This document shows, piece by piece, positions 1 through 9,453 of a DNA stretch of 64,000 nt; within the stretch, counting starts at the first letter, position 1, and the number at the start of each line of letters is the position of its first letter. The stretch is from IMG/VR virus record IMGVR_UViG_3300021961_011268, positions 2,085 through 66,084 of that record, one strand, 5' to 3'. The DNA is from a virus. Its lineage: Duplodnaviria > Caudoviricetes. The position numbers and the translations under genes are program-made. The notes below the pieces were generated by a model that did not search any database, was not told where the DNA came from, and worked only from the letters and a program-made list of their open reading frames with translations.

Positions 1-1
1 A

Positions 2-382
2 ATGAAAAATATATTTTTACTTTCTTTGATAATTTTTATATCAAGTTGTTCATTTGCTAATATAAGCTTTTGGGACGATAATCAAGCTTATAGATCTGTA
101 GATATAAATGTTGGGGCTAATAAGTTAAATTGCGATGTAATGCAAGATTTATCATTTCATGTTTCATCATTAGAATATAATGTTTTTTGGTTAGAGCAAT
201 ATTCAATCAATAAAAAAACTAAAGATATAATTGAAATGATAAAACCAATTAAAGAAACCCTTAATGACTTTAGAAAACGTATTGATTCAAAAGAATTGAG
301 TGTTGCTTATTGTAGGTTAAAACAAAAAATATTAATTGAACAAACACATGAATTATCACGTGCAATTATGGTGAGATACTAA
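2..382 (+). CDS. Hypothetical protein, probable lipoprotein
   Basis: Hydrophobic N-terminus ending in lipobox-like ISSC. Confidence 0.5.
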   Translation: MKNIFLLSLIIFISSCSFANISFWDDNQAYRSVDINVGANKLNCDVMQDLSFHVSSLEYNVFWLEQYSINKKTKDIIEMIKPIKETLNDFRKRIDSKELSVAYCRLKQKILIEQTHELSRAIMVRY

Positions 383-383
383 T

Positions 384-626
384 ATGACAGAACAAATACC
401 TTCAATCGAAGAATTAATGAATAGCGATGATGCTGAAGTGGCAAACAAAGCGTCTATTGTTCAAAACATTTTGGATTCTTATAAGAATGATGAAATTAGC
501 GCAAGTGAATGTAAAGAATTGCTTGAAGATACTGTAAGACTTGATCAAGTCAAAGCCCAAGCAAATGCAACTACTGCTATGTCATATCTTATTCTTGGTG
601 TATCAATAATTACTGCAGCTCTTTAG
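384..626 (+). CDS. Hypothetical protein with C-terminal hydrophobic helix
   Basis: Tightly packed ORF; acidic body and hydrophobic tail. Confidence 0.5.
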   Translation: MTEQIPSIEELMNSDDAEVANKASIVQNILDSYKNDEISASECKELLEDTVRLDQVKAQANATTAMSYLILGVSIITAAL

Positions 627-628
627 TT

Positions 629-1228
629 ATGCTTCCAAAAGTCTTTTTGATAGGATATAATAAGACTGCAACTTGTGCCTTTCATGAGTTTTTCCTCAAT
701 AATCATTATAATAGCATTCATTGGAAAAACAATATGGACTTTCTTGCAAAAAGAATGAAAAGTAATTATATAATGAATCTTCCTATGCTTCATGGAATTG
801 ATTATTATGATTTTTATTCAGATTTTAGTTATTGTGAAAATAATGAATATATAGAAGGAAATGAATACTTTCAAGAATTGGATGAAGATTATCCAAACTC
901 ATATTTTATTATGCAATATCGACCACTCGATGATTGGATTAATTCAAGATTAAATCATATAAAAAATGGAAAAAAAGATTATCCAATTCGAATTGCTCGA
1001 TCTTTAGATTTGCCAAATATTAATATGGTACTTGATTTATGGGAAGAGCAATGGAATATAACACATAAAGAAATGATTCAATATTTTAATGGATACGATA
1101 GATTTTTACCAATTAATATTGCTGAAGAAGGTATAGAAACAATAATACATTTTCTTCGAAAAGATTATGAATTAGATAAAAAATATTTTAAAAAAGTAAA
1201 TATCACAAATGAAAAGTCTATCAAATAA
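629..1228 (+). CDS. Sulfotransferase-family protein
   Basis: IGYNKTAT 5'-PSB-like loop and YRPLDDWINS 3'-PB-like motif. Confidence 0.65.
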   Translation: MLPKVFLIGYNKTATCAFHEFFLNNHYNSIHWKNNMDFLAKRMKSNYIMNLPMLHGIDYYDFYSDFSYCENNEYIEGNEYFQELDEDYPNSYFIMQYRPLDDWINSRLNHIKNGKKDYPIRIARSLDLPNINMVLDLWEEQWNITHKEMIQYFNGYDRFLPINIAEEGIETIIHFLRKDYELDKKYFKKVNITNEKSIK

Positions 1229-1886
1229 TTGGTATTTACCTGATGATGATTGTCATGGCATTTCTACAAAGTCAGAAGAAAAAATGCTTTATGGTCTTGA
1301 AAGATTTAATCGACCAATATTAGAAGCTTTTAAAAAACTTTGTAAATCAAAAAGAGTTTTTCTTGACATTGGTGCAGCATTTGGGGCTATTTCAAGAGGT
1401 GCTATTAACGATTTTGAAGAAGTACATTCATTTGAAATTAATGAAGAATCAAGACAAGCTTTACTTATGAATATGCAAGATTATAAAAATTCATATGTAT
1501 ATGATTTTGGTTGTGGATCACGATATGATTATGTTCAACTTGCGTATAATAATAAATATCGAAATGTTGGTTCAATATTAAATTCACAATTTAAACCACA
1601 TTTTCTTAATAAAAAATGGAAACCAAATAAAATTTCAAAAGTAAAAATTCTACCAATTGATTCTCTTTATTTTAAAAATGTTGATGCAATTAAAATAGAT
1701 GTAGAAGGATATGAATTACAAATCCTTGATGGAATGAAAAACACATTGATATATAATTCACCAATAGTAATAGTTGAATCATATAAACCAGATTTATTAA
1801 CAAAATATATGGAAGATATACATCAATATAAACGTATTGGAAGAATAAATAAATCAGACATCATTTATAAAAAGATAAATATATAA
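1209..1886 (+). CDS. FkbM-family SAM methyltransferase
   Basis: FLDIGAAFG, VHSFE and IKIDVEGYE motifs. Confidence 0.85.
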   Translation: MKSLSNNWYLPDDDCHGISTKSEEKMLYGLERFNRPILEAFKKLCKSKRVFLDIGAAFGAISRGAINDFEEVHSFEINEESRQALLMNMQDYKNSYVYDFGCGSRYDYVQLAYNNKYRNVGSILNSQFKPHFLNKKWKPNKISKVKILPIDSLYFKNVDAIKIDVEGYELQILDGMKNTLIYNSPIVIVESYKPDLLTKYMEDIHQYKRIGRINKSDIIYKKINI

Positions 1887-1889
1887 ATA
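1882..1889 (+). promoter_or_regulatory. T4-type late promoter
   Basis: TATAAATA upstream of the membrane/spanin cluster. Confidence 0.65.
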
Positions 1890-1924
1890 ATATATTAGAT
1901 AATTTTATTAAAAGGCTTATTGTT

Positions 1925-2236
1925 ATGGTTGATAGATTTAAAGAATTTACAGGAACTACTTCAGTTGCCGGTGCTGGTGATGATGGTATTGTTCCAGTTA
2001 ATCCAAAAAAGAAAAGAAAAGTTTTTGATGTTCCTGATCATATCTTTAAAAGACTTGCTCCAGGTAAAATGAAATATGAACGTTGGGCAAAATATCTATC
2101 TACGTTTGAAGAATACGAACGCCAGATATTTGAATATATAAAATCAAATAGAAACCATGAAGTTATATTGAGAAATCAAGTATCTGGTGAAGCAAAATTA
2201 GTATCAATAATTACAAAGGAAAAAATAGATGATTAA
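1925..2236 (+). CDS. Hypothetical phage protein
   Basis: ORF downstream of a late promoter. Confidence 0.55.
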   Translation: MVDRFKEFTGTTSVAGAGDDGIVPVNPKKKRKVFDVPDHIFKRLAPGKMKYERWAKYLSTFEEYERQIFEYIKSNRNHEVILRNQVSGEAKLVSIITKEKIDD

Positions 2237-2411
2237 AACAGCATACAATTGGGTAAAAAACCGTCTAAAAGAAAGAACATCATACGATGGTGTTGCTCTA
2301 ATTGGAGTTGGCGTTGCAATTATCATAGCTGGTCCATTTACTAAAATAGCAGCTTATGCAGCAATTGTATATGGTGCATGGACACTTTACAAAGAAGAAA
2401 AAGCAAAATAA
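2229..2411 (+). CDS. Small two-TM membrane protein (holin candidate)
   Basis: Two hydrophobic segments, charged C-terminus, directly upstream of the spanins. Confidence 0.45.
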   Translation: MIKTAYNWVKNRLKERTSYDGVALIGVGVAIIIAGPFTKIAAYAAIVYGAWTLYKEEKAK

Positions 2412-2417
2412 AATAAT

Positions 2418-2792
2418 ATGCCTTATATTATTCTTATTATATTGATTAGTGGATTTTGCGGCGGCGGATATTTTTATTACAAAGATACTCAAGCAAGACT
2501 TGAAGCCGCTGCCGCAAATATCGCTACTCTCAAATCAATTACTGAAACACAAGAAGCAACAATTAAACAACAAATAGAAGATCAAGAAAAAAATCAAGAA
2601 CTACTATCAAATCTTCAAACATCGATGACAGAAAATGAACAATATCTTGATGAACTTCGTAGAAAACTAAATAAGCATAATTTGACTCTATTAGCGTTGA
2701 GAAAACCTGCTCAAATAGAAAAAAGAATAAACGATGGAACTGCCCAAGTTTTTAAAGATATTGAATCTGATACTGCTATCCCTAATAATTAG
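2418..2792 (+). CDS. Inner-membrane spanin (Rz-like)
   Basis: N-terminal TM followed by coiled coil; overlaps a downstream lipoprotein gene. Confidence 0.75.
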   Translation: MPYIILIILISGFCGGGYFYYKDTQARLEAAAANIATLKSITETQEATIKQQIEDQEKNQELLSNLQTSMTENEQYLDELRRKLNKHNLTLLALRKPAQIEKRINDGTAQVFKDIESDTAIPNN

Positions 2793-3135
2793 TGGATGTA
2801 GCATATTTAAATCACCAAAGCCTATTGAAACAATAGTCACTAAAACTGTGATACAAAAACAGAATGTGCCTATTATGAATAGACCTAAGCCAATTGTATT
2901 GAATCCCGTTGAATTTTATGTTGTCACTGAAGAAAATCTTGAAGAGTTTATTGAACGTTTTAAAGGTGGAAATGGCGAATTTGTTATTGTTGCAATGTCA
3001 ATTCCAAGTTATGAAAATCTTTCTCTTAATGTTGCAGATCTTAGAAGATATATCAATCAACAAAAAAGCATAATTGTGTATTATGAAGATTCAGTAAAAC
3101 CAAAAGACGAAACTCCTACTACTCTAGAAAAATAA
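2734..3135 (+). CDS. Outer-membrane spanin lipoprotein (Rz1-like)
   Basis: Lipobox IISGC, Pro-rich linker, overlap with the i-spanin gene. Confidence 0.75.
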   Translation: MELPKFLKILNLILLSLIISGCSIFKSPKPIETIVTKTVIQKQNVPIMNRPKPIVLNPVEFYVVTEENLEEFIERFKGGNGEFVIVAMSIPSYENLSLNVADLRRYINQQKSIIVYYEDSVKPKDETPTTLEK

Positions 3136-3213
3136 AATTTTAAATTTCTATATACTTTTTTATAAGTTCGTTGTATTATATATAATTACATCAAATATAG
3201 AAGGAGAAAAGTA

Positions 3214-4968
3214 TTGGTAAAAATAGCATTCAAGCGAGATAAACATCTTTCTGAACAAGCACAAACATTAATTAAAGATTATTATTGTCTTCCTGATGAG
3301 TCATCACCACAAGAGGCTTTTGCTCGTGCTGCTCAATGCTATTCAAATGGCGACGATGAATTTGCCCAAAGAATATATGACTATGCCTCAAAAGGTTGGT
3401 TCATGTTTTCTTCTCCTGTACTAAGTAATGCTCCAAAACAAGGTGAAAAACCAAGAGCTCTTCCAATTTCTTGTTTCTTGACATATGTTGATGATACTCT
3501 TGAAGGACTTATTGACCATACAACAGAATTACGATGGCTATCTGTAAAAGGTGGAGGAGTTGGAGGTCATTGGTCTTCAATTCGTTCAAATTCAGATAAA
3601 GCTCCTGGCCCAATTCCTTTTATACATACAGTAGATGCTGATATGACTGCATATAAACAAGGTCGTACACGTAAAGGTTCCTATGCGGCTTATTTAGATA
3701 TATCACATCCTGATATTGTTGAGTTTATCCAAATGAGAATACCTCAAGGTGATATTAATCGAAAAAATCTTAATCTACATCATGGCGTCAATATTACAGA
3801 TTTGTTTATGCATGCAGTTGAAGCAAATGGTACTTGGGATTTAATTGACCCGCATACAAAAGAAATTACAGAAACATTATCTGCACGTAAATTATGGGAA
3901 CAATTACTTGAGGCAAGATATCGTACTGGTGAACCTTATATTCATTTTATTGATACTGCAATTCGTGCATTACCTCAAGAACAAAAAGATTTAGGGTTAA
4001 CTCTTCATGGTTCAAATCTTTGTTCTGAGATAGAACTTGCTACAAATAATGAAAGAACAGCCGTTTGTTGTCTGTCATCAGTAAATATTGAACAATATGA
4101 TAAATGGTCTAAAACAAATATGATCCAAGACCTTATTCGTTTTCTTGATAATGTGCTCGAATATTTTATTAAATATTGTCCAGATACTTTATCAAAAGCA
4201 AAGTATTCTGCTTATCGTGAACGTTCACTTGGTCTTGGTGCAATGGGTTATCATTCATATTTGCAATCAAAAAATATAGCATTTGAATCAGAAGAAGCAT
4301 TAAATAAAAATATTGAAATATTTAAACATATTAAAGAAGAAGCATTAAAGCAAACATATATTCTTGGTAAAGAACGTGGTGAAGCTCCAGATATGGTTGG
4401 TTCAGGTAAACGCAATGCCCATCTTCTTGCAATTGCACCAAACGCAAATTCAAGTATCATTATTGGTACAAGTCCGAGTATTGAACCACTTAAAGCAAAT
4501 GCTTATACGCATCGCACAAGAGTAGGATCTCATCTCATTAAAAATAAAAATCTTGAAAATCATCTTGAAAAACTTGGTATGAATACAGAAAAAGTATGGA
4601 GTTCAATTATTACTACAAATGGTTCTGTTCAACATCTTGATTTTCTTGACGACCATACAAAAGAAGTATATAAAACTGCAAGTGAAATTAATCAAAATAA
4701 TGTTGTATTACAAGCTGGTGTAAGACAAGAATATTTATGTCAATCTCAATCATTAAATATTTTTTTTGCTGCTGGTGCAAATCGTAAATATCTTCATGAA
4801 GTCCATTTTAATGCTTGGAAAAATGGATGTAAAGGTCTTTATTATCTTCGTACAGAAGCTGGTTCAAGAGCTGAAAATGTTTCATTAAAAGTAAAGAGAG
4901 ATGCACTACAAGATTATCAATCGGAAAATTTAGAAAAACAAGACGATTGTGTGAACTGTCAAGGATAA
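3214..4968 (+). CDS. nrdA: Ribonucleotide reductase class Ia alpha subunit (no ATP cone)
   Basis: PISCF, SNLCSEI, AIAPNANSS, GLYYLRT and C-terminal CVNC; TTG start with GGAG SD. Confidence 0.97.
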   Translation: MVKIAFKRDKHLSEQAQTLIKDYYCLPDESSPQEAFARAAQCYSNGDDEFAQRIYDYASKGWFMFSSPVLSNAPKQGEKPRALPISCFLTYVDDTLEGLIDHTTELRWLSVKGGGVGGHWSSIRSNSDKAPGPIPFIHTVDADMTAYKQGRTRKGSYAAYLDISHPDIVEFIQMRIPQGDINRKNLNLHHGVNITDLFMHAVEANGTWDLIDPHTKEITETLSARKLWEQLLEARYRTGEPYIHFIDTAIRALPQEQKDLGLTLHGSNLCSEIELATNNERTAVCCLSSVNIEQYDKWSKTNMIQDLIRFLDNVLEYFIKYCPDTLSKAKYSAYRERSLGLGAMGYHSYLQSKNIAFESEEALNKNIEIFKHIKEEALKQTYILGKERGEAPDMVGSGKRNAHLLAIAPNANSSIIIGTSPSIEPLKANAYTHRTRVGSHLIKNKNLENHLEKLGMNTEKVWSSIITTNGSVQHLDFLDDHTKEVYKTASEINQNNVVLQAGVRQEYLCQSQSLNIFFAAGANRKYLHEVHFNAWKNGCKGLYYLRTEAGSRAENVSLKVKRDALQDYQSENLEKQDDCVNCQG

Positions 4969-4972
4969 TAAA

Positions 4973-6172
4973 ATGAAAGTAGAAATCTATTCAAAAAGTG
5001 ATTGCCCATTTTGTGAAAAAGCAAAACAATGGTTTAAATCTCATGGTTATTCATATATTGAGCATAAGCTTGAGACAAATGAGGAAAGGGCTGCTTTATA
5101 TCAAAAAATTCCTGGTGCTCGTTCTGTTCCGCAAATTTTTATTAATGATAAATTAATTGGTACATATGATCAATTTATGGAAATATCAGATTCATTGATT
5201 AAAAAAGAATCTGGTGGAATGATGCAATTCTCTGAAACATATAAACCGTTTTATTATCCTTGGGCTGTTGAACTTACTCGAAAACATGAAGCAATCCATT
5301 GGGTTGAGGATGAAGTTGATTTGTCTGAAGATATGAGTGATTGGAAAACTGGTAAACTCACTCCTGTTGAAAAAGATTATATTACAAATATCTTACGATT
5401 ATTTACTCAATCAGATGTAGCTGTTGGTCAAAACTATTATGACTACTATATTCCAAGATTAAAAAATAATGAAATACGTAATATGCTTGGATCTTTTGCT
5501 TGTCGTGAAGGTGTACATCAAAGAGCATACGCACTTCTAAATGAAACTCTTGGATTATCAGATTCAGAATACCATGCATTTCTTGAATATAAAGAGATGG
5601 TTGAAAAACTCGAATTTATGATTGATAATGATGTTAATTCAATTCGTGGTCTTGCCCTTTCAATGGCACGATCTGTTTTCAATGAAGGTGTTGCACTCTT
5701 TGCTTCATTTGTAATGTTACTTAATTTCCAACGTTTTGGCAAAATGAAAGGAATGGGTAAAGTTGTTGAATGGTCAATACGTGATGAAACAATGCACGTT
5801 GAAGGAAATGCTCGTATTTTCAAAACGCTTTGTTTAGAAAATCCACGTATTGTCAATGATGAGTTCAAAGCAGAAATTTATGAAATGTCTCGTACTGCAG
5901 TAAAACTTGAAGATAAATTTATTAGCTTAGCATATAAGATGGGTGAAATTGAAGGTCTTACTTCTGATGAAGTAAAAAAATATATAAGATATATTACTGA
6001 TCGAAGATTAATACAACTTGGCCTAAAACCAAATTTTAAAGTAAAAGAAAATCCTTTACCATGGCTAGAATGGATTCTAAATGGTGCAGATTTTACAAAC
6101 TTTTTTGAAGGAAGAGTTACTGAATATGAAGTAGCTGGTTTAACAGGAAAATGGGAAAGCGCTTATGAGTAA
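4973..6172 (+). CDS. nrdB: Glutaredoxin fused to ribonucleotide reductase beta subunit
   Basis: N-terminal CPFC and SVPQIF glutaredoxin motifs; EGVHQRAY, DETMH and NFFEGRVTEY NrdB motifs. Confidence 0.95.
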   Translation: MKVEIYSKSDCPFCEKAKQWFKSHGYSYIEHKLETNEERAALYQKIPGARSVPQIFINDKLIGTYDQFMEISDSLIKKESGGMMQFSETYKPFYYPWAVELTRKHEAIHWVEDEVDLSEDMSDWKTGKLTPVEKDYITNILRLFTQSDVAVGQNYYDYYIPRLKNNEIRNMLGSFACREGVHQRAYALLNETLGLSDSEYHAFLEYKEMVEKLEFMIDNDVNSIRGLALSMARSVFNEGVALFASFVMLLNFQRFGKMKGMGKVVEWSIRDETMHVEGNARIFKTLCLENPRIVNDEFKAEIYEMSRTAVKLEDKFISLAYKMGEIEGLTSDEVKKYIRYITDRRLIQLGLKPNFKVKENPLPWLEWILNGADFTNFFEGRVTEYEVAGLTGKWESAYE

Positions 6173-6344
6173 ATATATTATTGAATGCGATGAATGTTTA
6201 TCAACATATATCGTAATAGTAGAAGATAACGACAATGAAGATGGTTTAACACCTGAAAATTGTTGTATGTGCAACTCATTAATTTCTGCTGAATTGCTTG
6301 ATGATCTTGATACAGAAGAATCTCTTTATTGGGCCCCTGTGTGA
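6165..6344 (+). CDS. Small acidic zinc-ribbon-like protein (59 aa, not in the ORF track)
   Basis: Hand translation MSKYIIECDECLSTY...ENCCMCNSLIS...WAPV; start overlaps the nrdB end. Confidence 0.65.
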   Translation: MSKYIIECDECLSTYIVIVEDNDNEDGLTPENCCMCNSLISAELLDDLDTEESLYWAPV

Positions 6345-6404
6345 TCAAGAGCATTTAATGTTATATATCTATACAATTAACATCATCTGAAAACCCATAT
6401 AGAT

Positions 6405-6491
6405 TTTCTTATAATAATATTACAAAAATATTTTTATATATATAATAATGTTACAAAAATCAATATATAATTATAATATTATTATAAGAAA
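6405..6491. repeat. AT-rich intergenic element with an 18-bp perfect inverted repeat and a 20-bp direct repeat
   Basis: TTTCTTATAATAATATTA (6405-6422) pairs with TAATATTATTATAAGAAA (6474-6491); TATAATAAT(A/G)TTACAAAAAT at 6410 and 6441. Confidence 0.75.
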
Positions 6492-6500
6492 TGACTCAAG

Positions 6501-6941
6501 ATGACCTGGTTTTATAAAAATAAGCCTTTTACTTCAGATATGATTAAAGATTATCAAGGGTTTGTATATGTAATTACAAATATTGCTGATAATAATAAAA
6601 AATATATTGGTAAAAAGAATTTTATTAGTAAAATTACAAAACAACCTCTTAAAGGATTCAAACGTAAAAGAAAAATCCTTAAAGAATCTGATTGGCAAGA
6701 TTATTATGGCTCGTCAGATAAAGTCAATCAATTATTACTAGAACATGGCCCAGAAGTATTTCATCGAGAAATAATTCATCTCTGTAAAACAAAAGGCGAA
6801 ATGTCATATGTAGAACTTTGGTACCAAATGATCACTCACGCTTTGATATCAGACGAATATTATAATGGTATTATAGGTTGCCGTATAAATCATCGATCTG
6901 TTACAACTCTAGATCCAAAGACGCTCAAAACTGAACTGTAA
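6501..6941 (+). CDS. GIY-YIG nuclease domain protein
   Basis: GFVY...KYIG motif, YYGSS, terminal YYN. Confidence 0.8.
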   Translation: MTWFYKNKPFTSDMIKDYQGFVYVITNIADNNKKYIGKKNFISKITKQPLKGFKRKRKILKESDWQDYYGSSDKVNQLLLEHGPEVFHREIIHLCKTKGEMSYVELWYQMITHALISDEYYNGIIGCRINHRSVTTLDPKTLKTEL

Positions 6942-7062
6942 CAAAAATGTTACAGTTTTTATAAAAATTAAAAAAAGTGCATACGATGTGCATTTTTTTG
7001 TTTACAACATCTAAATAATATAATATAATGAATCTATCAAAACAACAAAAGGACACTATATT
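6936..7062 (+). promoter_or_regulatory. Early promoter cassette, copy 1 (operator, stem-loop, sigma70 promoter, leader)
   Basis: CTGTAACAAAAATGTTACA; A6-GTGCAT..TGCA-T7 hairpin; TTTACA(7001)-N17-TATAAT; CAAAACAACAAAAGGACA leader. Confidence 0.85.
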
Positions 7063-7452
7063 ATGAATACCGAATTAAAAAACATTAGAGAGCAAATTGA
7101 ACAAGAACGTCTGGATCGTATTGCTGAAGCCAAAAAGATAAAATCATATATTAATTATCATGGTTATTCAGACGTAACGCCATACGAAGTGGTTGAAGTT
7201 ATTTCTGATCAAACAGTTGTTGTCCGTGAAATGGATGCTGAACTTGATCCAAACTGGAAAATGGATATTCGTGAAGGTGGATTTGTAGGTCACGTTGTAA
7301 ATAACGGTGGCGAGTGGATAATCACTTCAAATCCTAAAAATCCAACTTATCGCGCTCGTTGGTCAAAAGCAAAAGGTCAATGGCAAATAAGAAATGGACA
7401 GCGTATGCGTATGGCTGATCAACCTCGCAAATTTTATGATTATAACTTCTAA
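7063..7452 (+). CDS. Early hypothetical protein
   Basis: First gene after cassette 1; AGGA SD. Confidence 0.7.
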   Translation: MNTELKNIREQIEQERLDRIAEAKKIKSYINYHGYSDVTPYEVVEVISDQTVVVREMDAELDPNWKMDIREGGFVGHVVNNGGEWIITSNPKNPTYRARWSKAKGQWQIRNGQRMRMADQPRKFYDYNF

Positions 7453-7880
7453 TGGGTAATATGCATCTCGTCAAGGGTCTTTATAATATAGACTCGCGTA
7501 AACCAAAAAATGGCAAAGTTCCGCAAGATCGTCTTGCGGCGCTTCGCATTGAGTGGAAAAAATATAATAAACTAATGAAGCAATCACGATTGCATTCAAA
7601 GGTAATTAAAAAGTTTGATGATTTTGTTTTATATACTCAAGGTAAATATAGGCCAGAAGAAGCAAAACGTAAACGTCAAATAATTACAGAAAGGTTTGAT
7701 CAAACAAAGCATATTGCCAAATCGCATGGTGATCAAATCGGTGGTATGGGTGCAGCAAAAGAAAAGAATATGTATACCGGCGATCTCATTGTAGGTATTG
7801 CTACTATGCACAAATCAAATCTTGTTCCAGTGATGCGTGGAACAAAGCAAGCTGAAGAGTTTGCAAAAATGCGTCGATAA
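7452..7880 (+). CDS. Hypothetical protein typical of T4-like phages
   Basis: Translationally coupled; C-terminal GIATMHKSNLVPV motif. Confidence 0.65.
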   Translation: MGNMHLVKGLYNIDSRKPKNGKVPQDRLAALRIEWKKYNKLMKQSRLHSKVIKKFDDFVLYTQGKYRPEEAKRKRQIITERFDQTKHIAKSHGDQIGGMGAAKEKNMYTGDLIVGIATMHKSNLVPVMRGTKQAEEFAKMRR

Positions 7881-7885
7881 ATCTA

Positions 7886-7914
7886 TTTACAAATAGGTTT
7901 GAATGATATATAAT
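7886..7914 (+). promoter_or_regulatory. Sigma70-type promoter
   Basis: TTTACA-N17-TATAAT. Confidence 0.7.
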
Positions 7915-7928
7915 GGATATATTAATAA

Positions 7929-8141
7929 TTGAAAAAGGAATATAATATGAAAAAATTTATGAATAGCTTTTTGAAAGCAAGAGAAATTGATAAATTTGAA
8001 TTTTTGATCGGAATAATAATTTATGGCTTCTGCTTTTTTGAATTCTTCTATTCATATCCAGATAATTATTTAGATTTTTTTGGTTGCTTTGTTGGTCTAT
8101 TCTTTATGTGGGATGGACTGCTTAAAATAAAGGAATATTAA
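7929..8141 (+). CDS. Small membrane protein
   Basis: Two Phe-rich hydrophobic segments; true start may be a downstream ATG. Confidence 0.5.
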   Translation: MKKEYNMKKFMNSFLKAREIDKFEFLIGIIIYGFCFFEFFYSYPDNYLDFFGCFVGLFFMWDGLLKIKEY

Positions 8142-8144
8142 TAG

Positions 8145-9008
8145 ATGATTATCATTGATTATTCAGCAATTTCTATATCAAATATTGCAATCCAAAAGTT
8201 ACAACCTGACGAAGATCTCTTTCGCCATATGGTTCTCAATTCCATACGTATGTATCGTAAAAAGTATGGTCGCGATTATGGCGAAATTGTTCTTGCTTGT
8301 GATGCCGGAGGTAATTGGCGTAAAGACATATATCCAGAATATAAGTATGCACGTAGTCAAGGTCGTAAAGATTCAGATCTAGATTGGACTCGCATATATG
8401 AAATATTAAATAAAATTGTTGATGAAATTAAAACATCATTTCCATATGTAGTTCTTCGTAAAGAAGGTATGGAAGCTGATGATATTATTAATTCTCTTGT
8501 TGAATACACACAAGAGTTTGGTAATTACGAAAAAGTTATGATTATTTCTGGTGACAAAGACTTTGCACAATTACAAAAATATTCAAATGTTGATCAATAT
8601 TCTCCAATTACAAAAAAGCTTATCAAAGTTGATGACCCACACGCTGTTTTAAAAACACAAATATTAAAAGGAGATGGTTCTGATGGAGTTCCAAATATAT
8701 TATCGCCTGATGATGTTTTTGTTCAAGAAAGTGTACGGCAAACTCCTTTAAGAAAAAAACTAATTGAAACTTTTATTTCAGCAAAAGATGTTCGTGATGT
8801 AATGACTGATGATCAATATCGTAATTATATTCGTAATAAAAAAATGATTGATCTATCAGAATGTCCAATTGAATTAAAAGAATATATAATTAAACAATAT
8901 GATTTACAATATGGTTCTCAACATCTTAATCGTTGTAAAGTGATGCCATATTTTATACAACATAACTGTCGTAACTTATTAGAAAATATAACGGATTTTA
9001 TACAATGA
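8145..9008 (+). CDS. rnh: T4-type RNase H / 5'-3' exonuclease
   Basis: WRKDIYPEYK, EADDII, SGDKDFAQL and GDGSDGVPN motifs. Confidence 0.93.
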   Translation: MIIIDYSAISISNIAIQKLQPDEDLFRHMVLNSIRMYRKKYGRDYGEIVLACDAGGNWRKDIYPEYKYARSQGRKDSDLDWTRIYEILNKIVDEIKTSFPYVVLRKEGMEADDIINSLVEYTQEFGNYEKVMIISGDKDFAQLQKYSNVDQYSPITKKLIKVDDPHAVLKTQILKGDGSDGVPNILSPDDVFVQESVRQTPLRKKLIETFISAKDVRDVMTDDQYRNYIRNKKMIDLSECPIELKEYIIKQYDLQYGSQHLNRCKVMPYFIQHNCRNLLENITDFIQ

Positions 9009-9436
9009 AATTAAAAAAATATAGTTTAGTTCATGAAATATTTGAGGCTGCATCAAAAGGTCGTCTTAAATCAGATAAAGTAGAAATACTTAAATATAAC
9101 GATTGTGTTCAAATACGTGATTATCTACGTTGCTTTTATGATGATCGTGTACAATTTGCATTACCTGAGGGTAAACCCCCGTATACACCCGCGGGTGAGC
9201 ATACTGCTCCTACAAATTTAATGCGAAAAAATAAGGAATTACAATATCTTGTAAAAGGTATACCTGCATGTGATCGTATGGCAAAAATGAAAAGAGAACA
9301 AAAATTTATTGAATTGCTTGAAGGTGTACACCCAAAAGATGCAGAACTTCTTATTGATATGGTAAACAAAAATACTCCAAAGGGAATTAGTAAAGAAGTA
9401 GTAAAAGAAGCATTTCCTGGATTATTGCCTGATTAA
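9005..9436 (+). CDS. Conserved T4-like phage protein downstream of rnh
   Basis: LPEGKPPY, KREQKFIELLEGVHP and EAFP motifs. Confidence 0.7.
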   Translation: MKLKKYSLVHEIFEAASKGRLKSDKVEILKYNDCVQIRDYLRCFYDDRVQFALPEGKPPYTPAGEHTAPTNLMRKNKELQYLVKGIPACDRMAKMKREQKFIELLEGVHPKDAELLIDMVNKNTPKGISKEVVKEAFPGLLPD

Positions 9437-9453
9437 TCCTTAAGAGATATATA

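Noticed and set aside
6501-6941. Mobile homing endonuclease or intron near nrdB
   Set aside because: Catalytic domain only with no evident DNA-binding repeats; nrdA and nrdB are uninterrupted.
6937-6954. Exact NtcA or CRP site
   Set aside because: Spacing is GTA-N10-TAC and TGTAA-N8-TTACA, not N8 and N6; kept only as an unassigned operator.
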